Source: an uncultured Ignavibacteria bacterium
Lineage (GTDB): Bacteria; Zixibacteria; MSB-5A5; DSPP01
DNA: 64,000 bases
Assembly: GCA_964607165.1 (NCBI GenBank)
Contig: CAZSIT010000002.1
Coordinates: 46,063-110,062 of the forward strand
Direction: 5' to 3'
In this document: one piece after another, positions 54,916-64,000 of the stretch
Numbering within the stretch: the first letter of the stretch is position 1
Layout of the letters: each line of letters begins with the position of its first letter
Translations under genes and position numbers: made by a program
Notes under the pieces: generated by a model
What the model saw: only the letters and a program-made list of their open reading frames with translations
What the model was told of the DNA's origin: nothing
Database searches by the model: none

Positions 54916-56280
54916 CTACTTCCCAATACAAAACTTCGAAAAAATCCGGCCTAAAATATCTTCGGTGACGATTTGGCCGGTGATTTCGCCGAGCGAATCC
55001 ACCGCGCGGCGGAGTTCGAAGGCGACCAGCTCCAAGCCCTTCCCCCGCTCCAGGCCCCTTCTGGCGCGCAAGAGATAGACGAAGCCTTTGGCCAGCGCTT
55101 CTTTATGGCGGGCGGAGGTGACCAAAACCGATTCGGTGCCGGAAGAAGGAAGCGCCAGCTTGGCGATTTTTTCTTTCAGCCCGTCCAGGCCGATACCTAA
55201 AGTGGCGGAGATATAGAGGGCACCATTGGATTCAGCTAATGATGGATTTTCGGGCACCAAGTCGACCTTGTTATAGAGTAAAAGTTTCTTGCGGTTTTGA
55301 TACTGGGACAAAAGGCGCTGGTCTTCATCAGTCGGTTTTTGGGAAGCATCCAGCATCAATAAAACCAAATCACTTTTTTCTATCGCTTCTTCGGTACGGC
55401 GCATTCCCTCTTTTTCGATTTTTCCTCCCTTTTCGCGCAGGCCGGCGGTATCGACCAGGCGGACGGGAACGCCGGAAAAGATGGCCCATTCTTCAATTGT
55501 GTCGCGCGTCGTCCCTGGCACCGGCGTGACTATGGCGCGCTCTTTTTGCAGAAGCGCATTCAGCAAGCTCGATTTGCCGACATTTGGGCGACCGGCGATG
55601 ACGACCGAATATCCTTCACGCAGGACTTTCCCTTCTTTGAAACTTTTGGCTAAAGTGCGGACTTGGGCAATTACATCGGAGAGCGTTTTCGTAATCTGAC
55701 CTGCGCGCTGGGGTTCGATACCTTCTTCCGGGAAGTCCAGATTAGCTTCCACTTCGGCTAAGACATCCAAAAGCGATTCGCGCAGTTGATTAACTTTTTT
55801 GGACAAAGTCCCTTCGAGTTGCTCCAGGCTGGCGCGGCGGGAAGCGTCCGATTGAGCGGAAATTAAATCCGCCACTGCCTCGGCCTGGGCCAAGTCGATG
55901 CGGCCGTTCAAAAAGGCACGCTGGGTGAACTCGCCGGGATGGGCAGGTCTTGCCCCTGCTCGAACCAGCAACTCCACAATGGCAGAAACGACCGGCCGGC
56001 CGCCGTGGCAGGAGATTTCGACCGAATCTTCGGCAGTGTAGGATTTGGGGGCGCGGAAAACGGAGGCAAGAACCTCGTCCACTTTCTCTTTGGTAGCCGG
56101 GTCAATTATAAAGCCGTGGTGGATGGTATGGGAGGGAGCGTCGGAGATCTTGGTGCCACAGAAAACCGAGTCGGCAATGACAAAAGCTCTTTTGCCGGAA
56201 AGGCGGATGATGGCCAAAGCCGCTTCGCCCGGAGCGGTTGCTGGAGCGACTATCGTATCTTCGGACAGAAAATCGGTCAT
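54916..56280 (-). CDS. mnmE: tRNA modification GTPase MnmE
   Basis: 'GRPNVGKSSLLNAL' G1, C-terminal 'CIGK'. Confidence 0.9.
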   Translation of the reverse strand: MTDFLSEDTIVAPATAPGEAALAIIRLSGKRAFVIADSVFCGTKISDAPSHTIHHGFIIDPATKEKVDEVLASVFRAPKSYTAEDSVEISCHGGRPVVSAIVELLVRAGARPAHPGEFTQRAFLNGRIDLAQAEAVADLISAQSDASRRASLEQLEGTLSKKVNQLRESLLDVLAEVEANLDFPEEGIEPQRAGQITKTLSDVIAQVRTLAKSFKEGKVLREGYSVVIAGRPNVGKSSLLNALLQKERAIVTPVPGTTRDTIEEWAIFSGVPVRLVDTAGLREKGGKIEKEGMRRTEEAIEKSDLVLLMLDASQKPTDEDQRLLSQYQNRKKLLLYNKVDLVPENPSLAESNGALYISATLGIGLDGLKEKIAKLALPSSGTESVLVTSARHKEALAKGFVYLLRARRGLERGKGLELVAFELRRAVDSLGEITGQIVTEDILGRIFSKFCIGK

Positions 56281-57158
56281 ACCAAACTGCGGACTACTAA
56301 ATCAATTTCTTCTTCGCGGGTCAAAGGAATCGCCTCGGCCGGGAAATTGGCGTCATCACCTGAATTGAAAACAAAAATCGGCCTACCTTGCTGCACGGCC
56401 AGCTCAACGGCGGCTTCAGTCAGCCCATCTCCGCCTGTGGTGCCGATGACCAAAACGGCTTGCGCCAAAGCCACAACCAGGCGGCGGCCGGCGGCTTCCC
56501 GTTCGGGCGATTTTTTTGTAAGCGGAGAATATTCCGAAATCAGGGCGCCTTTCTTCTCGACCTGAACGCCCAAGGTAATTTCCTCTTCGGTCAAATCAGC
56601 TTCATAACCGCAGGAAAGTATCAAGCAGCTTGGATTTCCGGTAACCACCGCTCCGACCTGCGCAGAAGCCTCTACTCCTTTGCCCAAACCGGTGATAACA
56701 GAAATACCCCGCTCGGCCAACCCCCTACCCAACCGGACGGCTTGGCCGACTGATTCTTGGTTGGCTGCAACCGGGCCGACAACGGCTACCGATTTTCCGT
56801 TGTTGGAGGAGAAATCCCCGCGGTAGAAAAGTAAAGGCGGCGGGTCGCCCAACGCGCGCAGCAAAGAAGGGTAATTTTCGTCTAAAAACGAGCGGGTGAA
56901 AATTTTCTTAGCCGCCAGGCTGTTCGTGTCAGTTTGCATTGAAGCGTAATTTCTTCTCGCCTTGCCGATTGCTTTGGCCAGTTTGCTGCCGATATGCGGA
57001 TTTTCGGCCAATTCGGCCTCGGAAACGTCAAAAATCTCCGAAGGAGAGCCAAACAAAAGCAAAAGTTTTTGAAACTGTCGGGCGGAAACGCCGGCGGTTT
57101 CGCAAAGCAGACGGGTGTAGACAATTTCCTCGGCCATCGTCATAGTAAAATCCCGCAT
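56277..57158 (-). CDS. dprA: DNA-processing protein DprA/Smf family
   Basis: Rossmann-like 'VAVVG...GISVITGLGKG' DprA core; overlaps mnmE by 4 nt. Confidence 0.65.
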   Translation of the reverse strand: MRDFTMTMAEEIVYTRLLCETAGVSARQFQKLLLLFGSPSEIFDVSEAELAENPHIGSKLAKAIGKARRNYASMQTDTNSLAAKKIFTRSFLDENYPSLLRALGDPPPLLFYRGDFSSNNGKSVAVVGPVAANQESVGQAVRLGRGLAERGISVITGLGKGVEASAQVGAVVTGNPSCLILSCGYEADLTEEEITLGVQVEKKGALISEYSPLTKKSPEREAAGRRLVVALAQAVLVIGTTGGDGLTEAAVELAVQQGRPIFVFNSGDDANFPAEAIPLTREEEIDLVVRSLV

Positions 57159-57228
57159 TTAATCTAACCAAATTCCGCTATTCGGTAAAGCCGCCTTTGG
57201 TCTTGCCTCGCGACAAGCCGGCGCTATC

Positions 57229-57996
57229 TTGCTTCCAGTGGTTAAAAGAATCTTAGTTCTTAATTGCCTTGCTGTCCTTGCTTTAAGTTTTTCCCCGCTT
57301 TTTGCCCAATCCGATTCAACTAAAGCAGAGCCCAAAGCCAAACGCTACGCAAAATATTTCCTGCAAGATGCTTTGCGTATAGGCGCGGCGCCAGTCTGGT
57401 GGCAAGGAAAAGACTGGCTCCAATTCGGGGCGCTGGCAGCGGGGACGGGACTTCTGGTTTGGCAGGATTTGAACATCCGGCAGGTTTTTCAACGAAACAG
57501 GACGCGAACTACGAATCGGGTAGCCAGCGCGGTCACCCCCTTCGGCTCGCCCGCTTTAGCCCAGCCGGTCTTAATTGGTGCATTCGGGATTAGCACGGTT
57601 TTAAAGCAGAAGAAACTGCAGGCGGTGGCGCTGGACGGTTGGGAGGCCTCCAATTTTGCGTTGAGCTGGGCAGGATTTATTAAAATGGCCACCAGCCGCG
57701 CCCGGCCGTTTGAAAACAAAGGCCGCTGGAAACGAGAGGGCTTTTTGGCCAATTCCTCTTTCCCCTCCGGCCACACCACCCAGGCCTTTGTTTTGGCAAC
57801 CGTGGTGAGCAGCCATTTTCCAAAAACGTGGGTGAAAATTTTAAGTTACGGTTTTGCCACCGGTGTCGGCTTGGCAAGGATGAACGATGATCGCCACTTC
57901 GCCTCGGACATTTTTGTAGGCGCCGCTATGGGCACCGCCATCGCCAGAACCATTTTCAAGCGCAACGAGACCCGACGGATGCGGTCGGTAAAATAG
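57229..57996 (+). CDS. PAP2-family phosphatase (membrane)
   Basis: 'KMATSRARP', 'SFPSGHTT', 'ARMNDDRHFASD' tripartite PAP2 motifs. Confidence 0.8.
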   Translation: MLPVVKRILVLNCLAVLALSFSPLFAQSDSTKAEPKAKRYAKYFLQDALRIGAAPVWWQGKDWLQFGALAAGTGLLVWQDLNIRQVFQRNRTRTTNRVASAVTPFGSPALAQPVLIGAFGISTVLKQKKLQAVALDGWEASNFALSWAGFIKMATSRARPFENKGRWKREGFLANSSFPSGHTTQAFVLATVVSSHFPKTWVKILSYGFATGVGLARMNDDRHFASDIFVGAAMGTAIARTIFKRNETRRMRSVK

Positions 57997-58034
57997 CGGA
58001 GGGCTAAATGTGAGGAAACCCACCGCCCCTCCAC

Positions 58035-58177
58035 CCAGATTCTTCACTTCGTTCAGAATGACAGTTGAGCAGTTTTTAGTTACTGAATCGGATAAAGAAC
58101 CCCCTTTTTGTCATGCTGAGCGTAGCGAAGCATCTGGGTGGGGTAAAGGCGGGATTTTCGCTTTGTTCGGAACGACA
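58035..58177. repeat. MITE/REP-like palindromic element cluster (arms CCCAGATTCTTCACTTCGTTCAGAATGACA / TGTCATGCTGAGCGTAGCGAAGCATCTGGG + partial third arm)
   Basis: Same arm family as 35420..35516, arranged in alternating orientation. Confidence 0.7.
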
Positions 58178-58231
58178 ATCTTGAGAATTATTTCTTGACG
58201 TTAAAGAAAATAAACCTAAACTGAAGGGTTA

Positions 58232-59035
58232 ATGGAAACCTATCAAATTTTCTTTTTGGCGGTTTTGCAGGGAGCGACGGAGTTTTTGCCGGTTTCCAGC
58301 TCGGCGCATCTGGCGCTGTTTCAGCACGTTTTTGAATCCAAGTTAGATAATGTTGCTTTTGATGTCGTTTTGCATCTCGGGACACTTGTCTCGGTTTTGG
58401 TATTTTATCGAAAAGAATTGATTCGATTTGTTCAAGCCTTTTTTCTGAAAATTTCAAGCAAGCTGCCCGAAGAAAAACAGGAAGACTGGCGGATGGTTTT
58501 ATTTGTCATCTGGGGTTCGATACCGGCGGCGGTGATTGGCGGGGGATTTCATAAGTTTTTTGAGGAGGCGTTCGACCAACCGCTCTGGATTTCCAGTTTT
58601 CTTCTGGTAACCGGAACTTTTCTTTATCTGTCTAAATTTTCAAAGCCAAAAGGAGCCGCGCTGAACTTCAAAAACACGCTGACAATTGGTTTGGCGCAGG
58701 CGGTGGCGATTTTGCCGGGAATTTCCCGTTCCGGCTCGACGATTACAACCGGACTCTTTTGGGGATTGGAAAGGAAAAAGGCGGCGGACTTTTCTTTTTT
58801 GCTTTCCATTCCGGCGGTGGCGGGGGCGGCGATTTTGGAGATTCCAAAATTGGTGAAAAGTCAAAATCCGGCCAATAACTGGGAGCTTTTTATTGCCGCC
58901 GCAATCGTATCTTTTCTGACCGGACTTCTGGCGATTTATTTTTTGTTAAAGATTTTGCGAAAACACTCGCTGGAAGGATTTTCTTATTACTGCTGGGCGG
59001 CAGGATTATTCTTTTTGTGGTATAACTGGCATTAG
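58232..59035 (+). CDS. uppP: undecaprenyl-diphosphatase
   Basis: 'LQGATEFLPVSSSAHL' BacA/UppP signature. Confidence 0.9.
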   Translation: METYQIFFLAVLQGATEFLPVSSSAHLALFQHVFESKLDNVAFDVVLHLGTLVSVLVFYRKELIRFVQAFFLKISSKLPEEKQEDWRMVLFVIWGSIPAAVIGGGFHKFFEEAFDQPLWISSFLLVTGTFLYLSKFSKPKGAALNFKNTLTIGLAQAVAILPGISRSGSTITTGLFWGLERKKAADFSFLLSIPAVAGAAILEIPKLVKSQNPANNWELFIAAAIVSFLTGLLAIYFLLKILRKHSLEGFSYYCWAAGLFFLWYNWH

Positions 59036-59057
59036 AACAAATACCAATTATGGTATT

Positions 59058-60374
59058 TTACTCGTAGCGCAAGGCTTCAATAGGTTCCAAACTCGCCGCT
59101 TTACGGGCCGGATACAGCCCAAAAAAGATTCCGACCGTGGCGGAAAACAAAAAGGCCAGTATTATTGAACCGGAAGAGATTAAAGTCGTCCAGCCGGCCA
59201 ATTTTGACAGCAAAAGCGTTGCGCCCACTCCCAGGCCGATACCGATTAAACCGCCAACCAACGAAAGGGTAACCGCCTCGGTCAAAAATTGAGAAAGCAC
59301 GTCCCGCTTGCGCGCCCCCAGAGCCCGGCGCACGCCGATTTCGCGCGTCCGCTCGGTGACCGAAACCAACATTATGTTCATAATTCCGATGCCGCCCACC
59401 AAAAGCGATACCAAAGCGACCGACGCCAAAAGCCAGGTCAAAGTCTTGGCCGTCTCCGTGCGCGTGGCCATAATGTCGGCCTGGTTGCGGATGGCAAAAT
59501 CGTTTTCATCCGCCCCGGTCAGCTTGTGCGAGCGGCGCAAAACCTGCTCAATATCCATCGAAACCTGGTTCATCTGGGCTTCATCGACCACCCGCACGTT
59601 GATGTTGGTGAAAAAATCCAACCCCAAAAGCCGCTTTTGGGCGGTCTCTAAGGGAACGATGACGATGTCGTCCTGATTGAACCAGCCCTGCTGGCCTTTG
59701 ACTTTGAGCACACCGGTAATCTCGAAGGGGATATTGTTGATTTTAATCTGCCTGCCGAGCGGATCCTCCTCCGGGCCGAACAGGTTATCGACCACGGTCT
59801 GGCCGATGACCGCCACGCGCTTGCGCGAAGCGCCATCCTGCCGGGTAAAGTAAGCTCCTTTGTCAACCGGAGCGTTACGCACAAAATCATATTCCGGCGT
59901 GGTGCCGATAACCTGCGAATTCCAGTTCTTGTTGCCGTATTTTAACTGGCCGAAACGGGACTGCTCGGGGGCAATCGCCTCAATGCCGGAAACTTTCTTT
60001 TTGACAGCATCCAAGTCCTGCTCGTTTAAGCGCACGGAAGAACCGGCCCCCAAACGAACCATCCCTTGCCGGGCCGAGCCGGGACGAATCATCAATAAAT
60101 TGGTGCCCAAAGCTTGAATTGAATCCTCCACCGCCTTTTTGGCCCCTTGGCCCAGGGCAATCATAGCGATAACGGCCGCCACACCGATGATGATGCCGAG
60201 CATGGTCAAAAAAGAGCGGATTTTGTTGGCGCGCAAAGCCGCCAGCGAAACCGAAAAACTTTCCAGAAAGTTGATGTTGGAGCGGGCAAAAACCGGCGCT
60301 TTGGGAGTGAATGGATGGGTTTGAACTTGAGCGGGAGCTTCCAGCCCGCCTGTAGTGCTGGCGGGCGGGTTCAT
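59058..60374 (-). CDS. ABC transporter permease, FtsX/MacB-type (no fused ATPase)
   Basis: 438 aa; N-terminal TM, large periplasmic domain, C-terminal FtsX 4-TM bundle. Confidence 0.75.
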   Translation of the reverse strand: MNPPASTTGGLEAPAQVQTHPFTPKAPVFARSNINFLESFSVSLAALRANKIRSFLTMLGIIIGVAAVIAMIALGQGAKKAVEDSIQALGTNLLMIRPGSARQGMVRLGAGSSVRLNEQDLDAVKKKVSGIEAIAPEQSRFGQLKYGNKNWNSQVIGTTPEYDFVRNAPVDKGAYFTRQDGASRKRVAVIGQTVVDNLFGPEEDPLGRQIKINNIPFEITGVLKVKGQQGWFNQDDIVIVPLETAQKRLLGLDFFTNINVRVVDEAQMNQVSMDIEQVLRRSHKLTGADENDFAIRNQADIMATRTETAKTLTWLLASVALVSLLVGGIGIMNIMLVSVTERTREIGVRRALGARKRDVLSQFLTEAVTLSLVGGLIGIGLGVGATLLLSKLAGWTTLISSGSIILAFLFSATVGIFFGLYPARKAASLEPIEALRYE

Positions 60375-61864
60375 CGCCGGCCGCCTCCACCACTGCCGCC
60401 CATCCCGGGGATGCCGCCGAAAGAGCGCATCCGCTTTTGCATCTCCTCCCGGTCTTTGGCCAACATTGAAGTCGGTTGAGCAATCACTTCATCCCCTTCG
60501 GCCAGGCCGGAGATAATCTCGGTATTATCGAGATTGGAAATCCCCGCCATCACCTGTTTCGGTTTAATTTCATTCCCTTTTTTGACTAATACCCAGCGGG
60601 GATGTCCCAAGTTTTCGCTCGAATCCCCCTTTTTCTCTCTCTGCCGTCCGCCTGTGGCGGACCAGCGTTTTATACGCTCCCTTGCTTCCGGATCCAGCTT
60701 GGACAAATCGATTTTAGAGGGATCAAAATTTCTCCGCATCCCGCCGCCAGACCGACCGCCACGCGAAGCACCCCCAGCCGCTCCGCCCGGCCCGCCCTGC
60801 ATAACTACAACCTGCTGTCCGCCACTTCCCATCCCGGAGGAAGAGCCGCTCGTATGCGCCATCGCGCCGCCGCCATTGCCTCCCATTGTAAAGCCGGCAA
60901 ATTTCTTTTTCTCTTCGTCGGAAAAATAGGACATAACTTCGGAAAGCTCTTTCACCGCTTCGTTGGGCACCAGCAAAACGTCGTGCTTTTCGGCCGTGAG
61001 AATTTCGACGTTGGCGTTCATCCCCGATTTCAAAAGACGCTCGGGGTTATCCACTTCGGCGGTGACCTCAAAGGTGGTGACGTTCTGCGCCACTTTGGCC
61101 AGAGGGGCGATTTTCAAAACCCGGCCGGCAAATTCCTGGTCGGGGAAGGCATCCGCCACGGTTTTGACGGTCTGCCCCAGGTTCACCTTTCCGATGTCGG
61201 TTTCATCCACATCCGCCACCACATCCACCTTGTTCAAATCGGCCAAAAGGGCAATGGTGGTTCCGCCGGAAACCGACGAAATGCCGGAAGAAATCACCTG
61301 CCCCTGATCGACGTTGCGCTTAAGAATGATTCCGTCGATTGGAGCCTGCAGTTCGGTGTCGGCCAGTTGGTCGGCGGCGGTGGACAAAGCCGCCTCGGCC
61401 CGCACCTTCTGCGAATGGGCTTTTTGAAAGTTCAATTCGGCATTGTCCCGGTCTGATTCCGAAACCAGCTTCCTGTCGAACAGTTCCTTGACGCGATTAA
61501 ATTCCTTTTGCTGCTGCTTTTCGGTCGCCACCGCCACCTCGTAATCCGCCTTGGACTGCTCGTAATAATTCTTGGCGGTCGTTTGGTCCAGTTTGCAGAT
61601 TAAATCACCTTTTTTGACGTAGCTCCCCTCTTCGATGGGCAACTGAATGATTTCGCCGGAAGCCTTGCACTTTAGCTCAACGGTTTGAATCGGGCGGACG
61701 ACGCCGGTGGCGTTAATCGATGCCAAGAGATTCCCGCGCGCGACCTTGCTGGTTTTCAGCTCGGTTCCGTTGGCTTCCTCCTTTCTGTCCGCGCGGGTAA
61801 AAGCGAAAAGAACCCCCGCCCCGATTACCGCCAATAATCCCCAAAACCAAAGTTTACGAAACAT
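60371..61864 (-). CDS. efflux periplasmic adaptor (HlyD/MacA family) with Gly-rich C-terminal extension
   Basis: 497 aa; N-terminal TM, coiled-coil hairpin, beta-barrel/MP domains; tail 'GGIPGMGGSGGGGRR'; 4-nt overlap with permease. Confidence 0.75.
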   Translation of the reverse strand: MFRKLWFWGLLAVIGAGVLFAFTRADRKEEANGTELKTSKVARGNLLASINATGVVRPIQTVELKCKASGEIIQLPIEEGSYVKKGDLICKLDQTTAKNYYEQSKADYEVAVATEKQQQKEFNRVKELFDRKLVSESDRDNAELNFQKAHSQKVRAEAALSTAADQLADTELQAPIDGIILKRNVDQGQVISSGISSVSGGTTIALLADLNKVDVVADVDETDIGKVNLGQTVKTVADAFPDQEFAGRVLKIAPLAKVAQNVTTFEVTAEVDNPERLLKSGMNANVEILTAEKHDVLLVPNEAVKELSEVMSYFSDEEKKKFAGFTMGGNGGGAMAHTSGSSSGMGSGGQQVVVMQGGPGGAAGGASRGGRSGGGMRRNFDPSKIDLSKLDPEARERIKRWSATGGRQREKKGDSSENLGHPRWVLVKKGNEIKPKQVMAGISNLDNTEIISGLAEGDEVIAQPTSMLAKDREEMQKRMRSFGGIPGMGGSGGGGRR

Positions 61865-61967
61865 CAGCCAAGTCCTTTATTTTCTCCACTGGTAATATAA
61901 CATCAAATCCCACAATCATTCTACAAATAATGACTGAAAAGGTTTAATCCCAGCCCGGTTGATATCA

Positions 61968-62002
61968 AATAAAAAACCCGGCCCTGTGGCGAAAGGGCCG
62001 GG
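61968..62002 (-). terminator. Rho-independent terminator after large dockerin-tailed surface protein
   Basis: CCCGGCCCT-ttcgccac-AGGGCCGGG followed (minus strand) by TTTTTTAT. Confidence 0.7.
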
Positions 62003-62019
62003 TAAAAAGATCTGGGACG

Positions 62020-63987
62020 TCAACAAGCAGGGAGCGGTATGCCCAAGAACGTTGCATTCAAAAGCAAAACCACGTCCGAAGCGCTGGCTCCATTACCGTC
62101 AAAGTCACAGTTGTCGCAATTGGAGGAAACCGGCGGGGGAATTCCCAGAAAGGCGCAGTTCAACTCCAAAACCACATCCGCTGAGGTCAGTATTCCATTC
62201 CCGCTCAAATCCCCTTTCGGGAGCACATTAATTGTAAGCGCAACTGAAGTGGTGTCCTCTCCGTCCGTGGCTTTTATGTAGTTTACAAGCGTAATAATGT
62301 CCGCACTTGTAATGTTGTTGAGGCAGAGGGAGGCTTTTCCCCCACCCGAATCGGTTAGGGTTGCAAAACTGGGGAGCGACTCGGCAAAAATGACCAAGGG
62401 GAAAGGCCCGCTATCGGCATCGCTAGCAGTAATTGAAACGCAGGTACTGCAGCATTCATAGACCGTGACCGTATCCGGAGGGGTTATGCTCAAAGCCGGC
62501 GCGGCGTTTTTCTCATTCACTACAATCTCCACAAACTCCGTGTCGGCAGCTAACGGCACGGCGTTGTCGGTGGCGCGCAGCTTGACCGTGTCCGTTCCGG
62601 AATCGGTAAAACTTGGAGACAGGGTCAAAACCCCCCGCCCCCCCCCGATGTTGACAAAAGTGGCGTAAGCCGGTTTTAAGAGGGCAGTAAAAGAAGCGAT
62701 TGCCTCTCCATCCGACTCGGTGACCGGGATGGTATCGACCCGCGTTTCCCCCTCATTCATAATTATGGGGGTGGGATTGGCAATATCCGGTTTGTGATTT
62801 AAGAGGGTGGTAAACCCGCACCAGGTGGACCAGGCGTTGACGGCGGAAGCGAAATTGCTGAAAAACCAGACCCGCCGAGGAAAAACCGGGTCCTGGGCGC
62901 TGCCGGAGTAATCTCCCCAGCGGTTGCGGCCGGCGCCGTCTATCTGAACATAGGTGGCCACGCCGGCTTTGAGCACTCCCTGGGTCAAATCGGCCGGGAA
63001 GTTACCGGCGTAGCGGCCGGAAACAAAGGAAGCCGGGCTGGAATGGGAGTATCCCATCGCCACGTTGCCGCTGTTGACCGGTATGGGCGCCGGATAGAAA
63101 AAGTTTTCCAAATCGGCCCCATAGGTAATGTTTTGATGAATGACGGTTCCGGTGGTATCCATTTCCACGTAGCGGATGGCCGCCACCGTGCCGCTGCCAA
63201 AGTTAAACCCCGTGCAAAGCGCGAAGTAAATGCGGCCGTTGCGGTAATAGACGTCCCCGGATATGCGCGCGTCCAGCGTGTTAATCGGCGTAGCGCCGCC
63301 CGGCTGGGTGGCGTTGGGGGGCACGGAATAAGCACCAATGTTCACGTTCATTCGCAGAGGAACCGAAGGGGAAGTCACCGGATTGTTTATACGATACAGT
63401 TGTATAATGCTGCCCCCTCCGGATGACGAGCTGACAGCAAAGTTGCCGCCACCATCAATGGAACCGAAAGTATGGGCCACGCGCAAAGTAAAGCCGCCGA
63501 TTCCCGTAACATTGGTGAAGGTTAAAGCCGGAGCCAAAGAATCGGTGCGATACATTTCCGATTTTTTCAAAATCTGTAGGTTGGTACCCAAAAAGCCGCC
63601 CCCAGTCAAGGAAAACTGATTGGAAGTCATATAAACCGCATCGCTGGAATCGTAACCGAGCGCCGGATAATCCGGAAAATCGGAGCCAAAAACAGTTCCG
63701 TTGGTTTTCCACTTATACCAAAAACCATTGGGGTCGGAATCATCCGAGACGGCCACAAAGTAAGCCCCCACCGGATTGCCGGCACTTCCATACCCTATAA
63801 CCATTACAATCCAGCGCCCGGCATATTGGTCGTAGGTCACCCGCGGGTCGGAAAGATTCAAAGCCGACGGGTTGATCGAGCTAAAAAAGGAGCCGAAGCT
63901 CGTGGTGAATTGATTGGTGCCGGTTTTGGAAAAAATGGTGAAACGCAAATTCACCGCCACGATTACCTGGTTTGGACCAGCCGCCAT
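62020..63987 (-). CDS. large secreted Ig-like/cadherin-like repeat protein with C-terminal Cys-containing dockerin-like double repeat (N-terminus may extend beyond window)
   Basis: C-terminus 'GDLSGNGILTSADVVLELNCAFLG...CDFDGNGASASDVVLLLNATFLGIPLPAC'; upstream beta-sandwich-like repeats; ORF reaches window edge. Confidence 0.55.
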   Translation of the reverse strand: MAAGPNQVIVAVNLRFTIFSKTGTNQFTTSFGSFFSSINPSALNLSDPRVTYDQYAGRWIVMVIGYGSAGNPVGAYFVAVSDDSDPNGFWYKWKTNGTVFGSDFPDYPALGYDSSDAVYMTSNQFSLTGGGFLGTNLQILKKSEMYRTDSLAPALTFTNVTGIGGFTLRVAHTFGSIDGGGNFAVSSSSGGGSIIQLYRINNPVTSPSVPLRMNVNIGAYSVPPNATQPGGATPINTLDARISGDVYYRNGRIYFALCTGFNFGSGTVAAIRYVEMDTTGTVIHQNITYGADLENFFYPAPIPVNSGNVAMGYSHSSPASFVSGRYAGNFPADLTQGVLKAGVATYVQIDGAGRNRWGDYSGSAQDPVFPRRVWFFSNFASAVNAWSTWCGFTTLLNHKPDIANPTPIIMNEGETRVDTIPVTESDGEAIASFTALLKPAYATFVNIGGGRGVLTLSPSFTDSGTDTVKLRATDNAVPLAADTEFVEIVVNEKNAAPALSITPPDTVTVYECCSTCVSITASDADSGPFPLVIFAESLPSFATLTDSGGGKASLCLNNITSADIITLVNYIKATDGEDTTSVALTINVLPKGDLSGNGILTSADVVLELNCAFLGIPPPVSSNCDNCDFDGNGASASDVVLLLNATFLGIPLPAC

Positions 63988-64000
63988 AATCGGGTCAGCC

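Noticed and set aside
1-64000. CRISPR arrays, rRNA genes, IS elements or transposases
   Set aside because: No regularly spaced direct repeats with unique spacers, no rRNA-like conserved stretches and no transposase or integrase-like ORFs were seen on either strand.

Overview
This is a 64-kb chromosomal window from a bacterium with roughly 55-60% GC and no rRNA or CRISPR. The core is densely packed, mostly overlapping housekeeping operons: a futalosine-route menaquinone operon (MqnA-like, two MqnC/MqnE radical-SAM paralogs, UbiD/UbiX/UbiA-like late-step genes), a preQ0 cluster (queD-queE-queC-folE2), an FHA / metallophosphoesterase / CHASE2-Ser/Thr-kinase operon, and dusB-larB-larC followed by an orphan EtfA-like gene. 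Further along are tRNA-Gln, msrBA, RNase R, a sigma-54 activator, dGTPase, HD-GYP, glmS, a phosphohexomutase, mnmE, dprA, uppP and a MacA/FtsX efflux pair.

The most unusual region is a tandemly duplicated two-gene cassette at 6.4-10.7 kb. Each copy encodes a ~470-aa Gly/Ala/Thr-rich secreted protein translationally coupled to a ~155-aa secreted protein that ends in a cysteine-containing dockerin-like double repeat. Each copy is preceded by a ~230-nt near-identical leader carrying a perfect 9-bp palindrome and followed by an intrinsic terminator. The same Cys-containing dockerin-like C-terminal module also ends an SGNH-like hydrolase (19.2-20.3 kb) and a large Ig-like surface protein (62.0-64.0 kb), with no cohesin partner visible.

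Four AT-rich islets interrupt the core:
- 14.0-15.1 kb: a HEPN-motif protein plus a GGCT/AIG2-like protein.
- 33.0-34.2 kb: a single 390-aa gene with a near-consensus sigma-70 promoter and a terminator.
- 39.3-40.5 kb: a HicB-like ORF flanked by a 57-nt duplication of the 3' end of the sigma-54 activator gene, followed by a TIR-like (PF10137/Cap12-like) domain protein.
- 49.5-50.8 kb: two overlapping hypothetical genes.

The window also contains several small repeat families: MITE/REP-like palindromic units, a ~50-nt repeat, a ~40-nt repeat shared between the msrBA linker and the tRNA-Gln downstream region, and GTAGGGGCAC palindromes.
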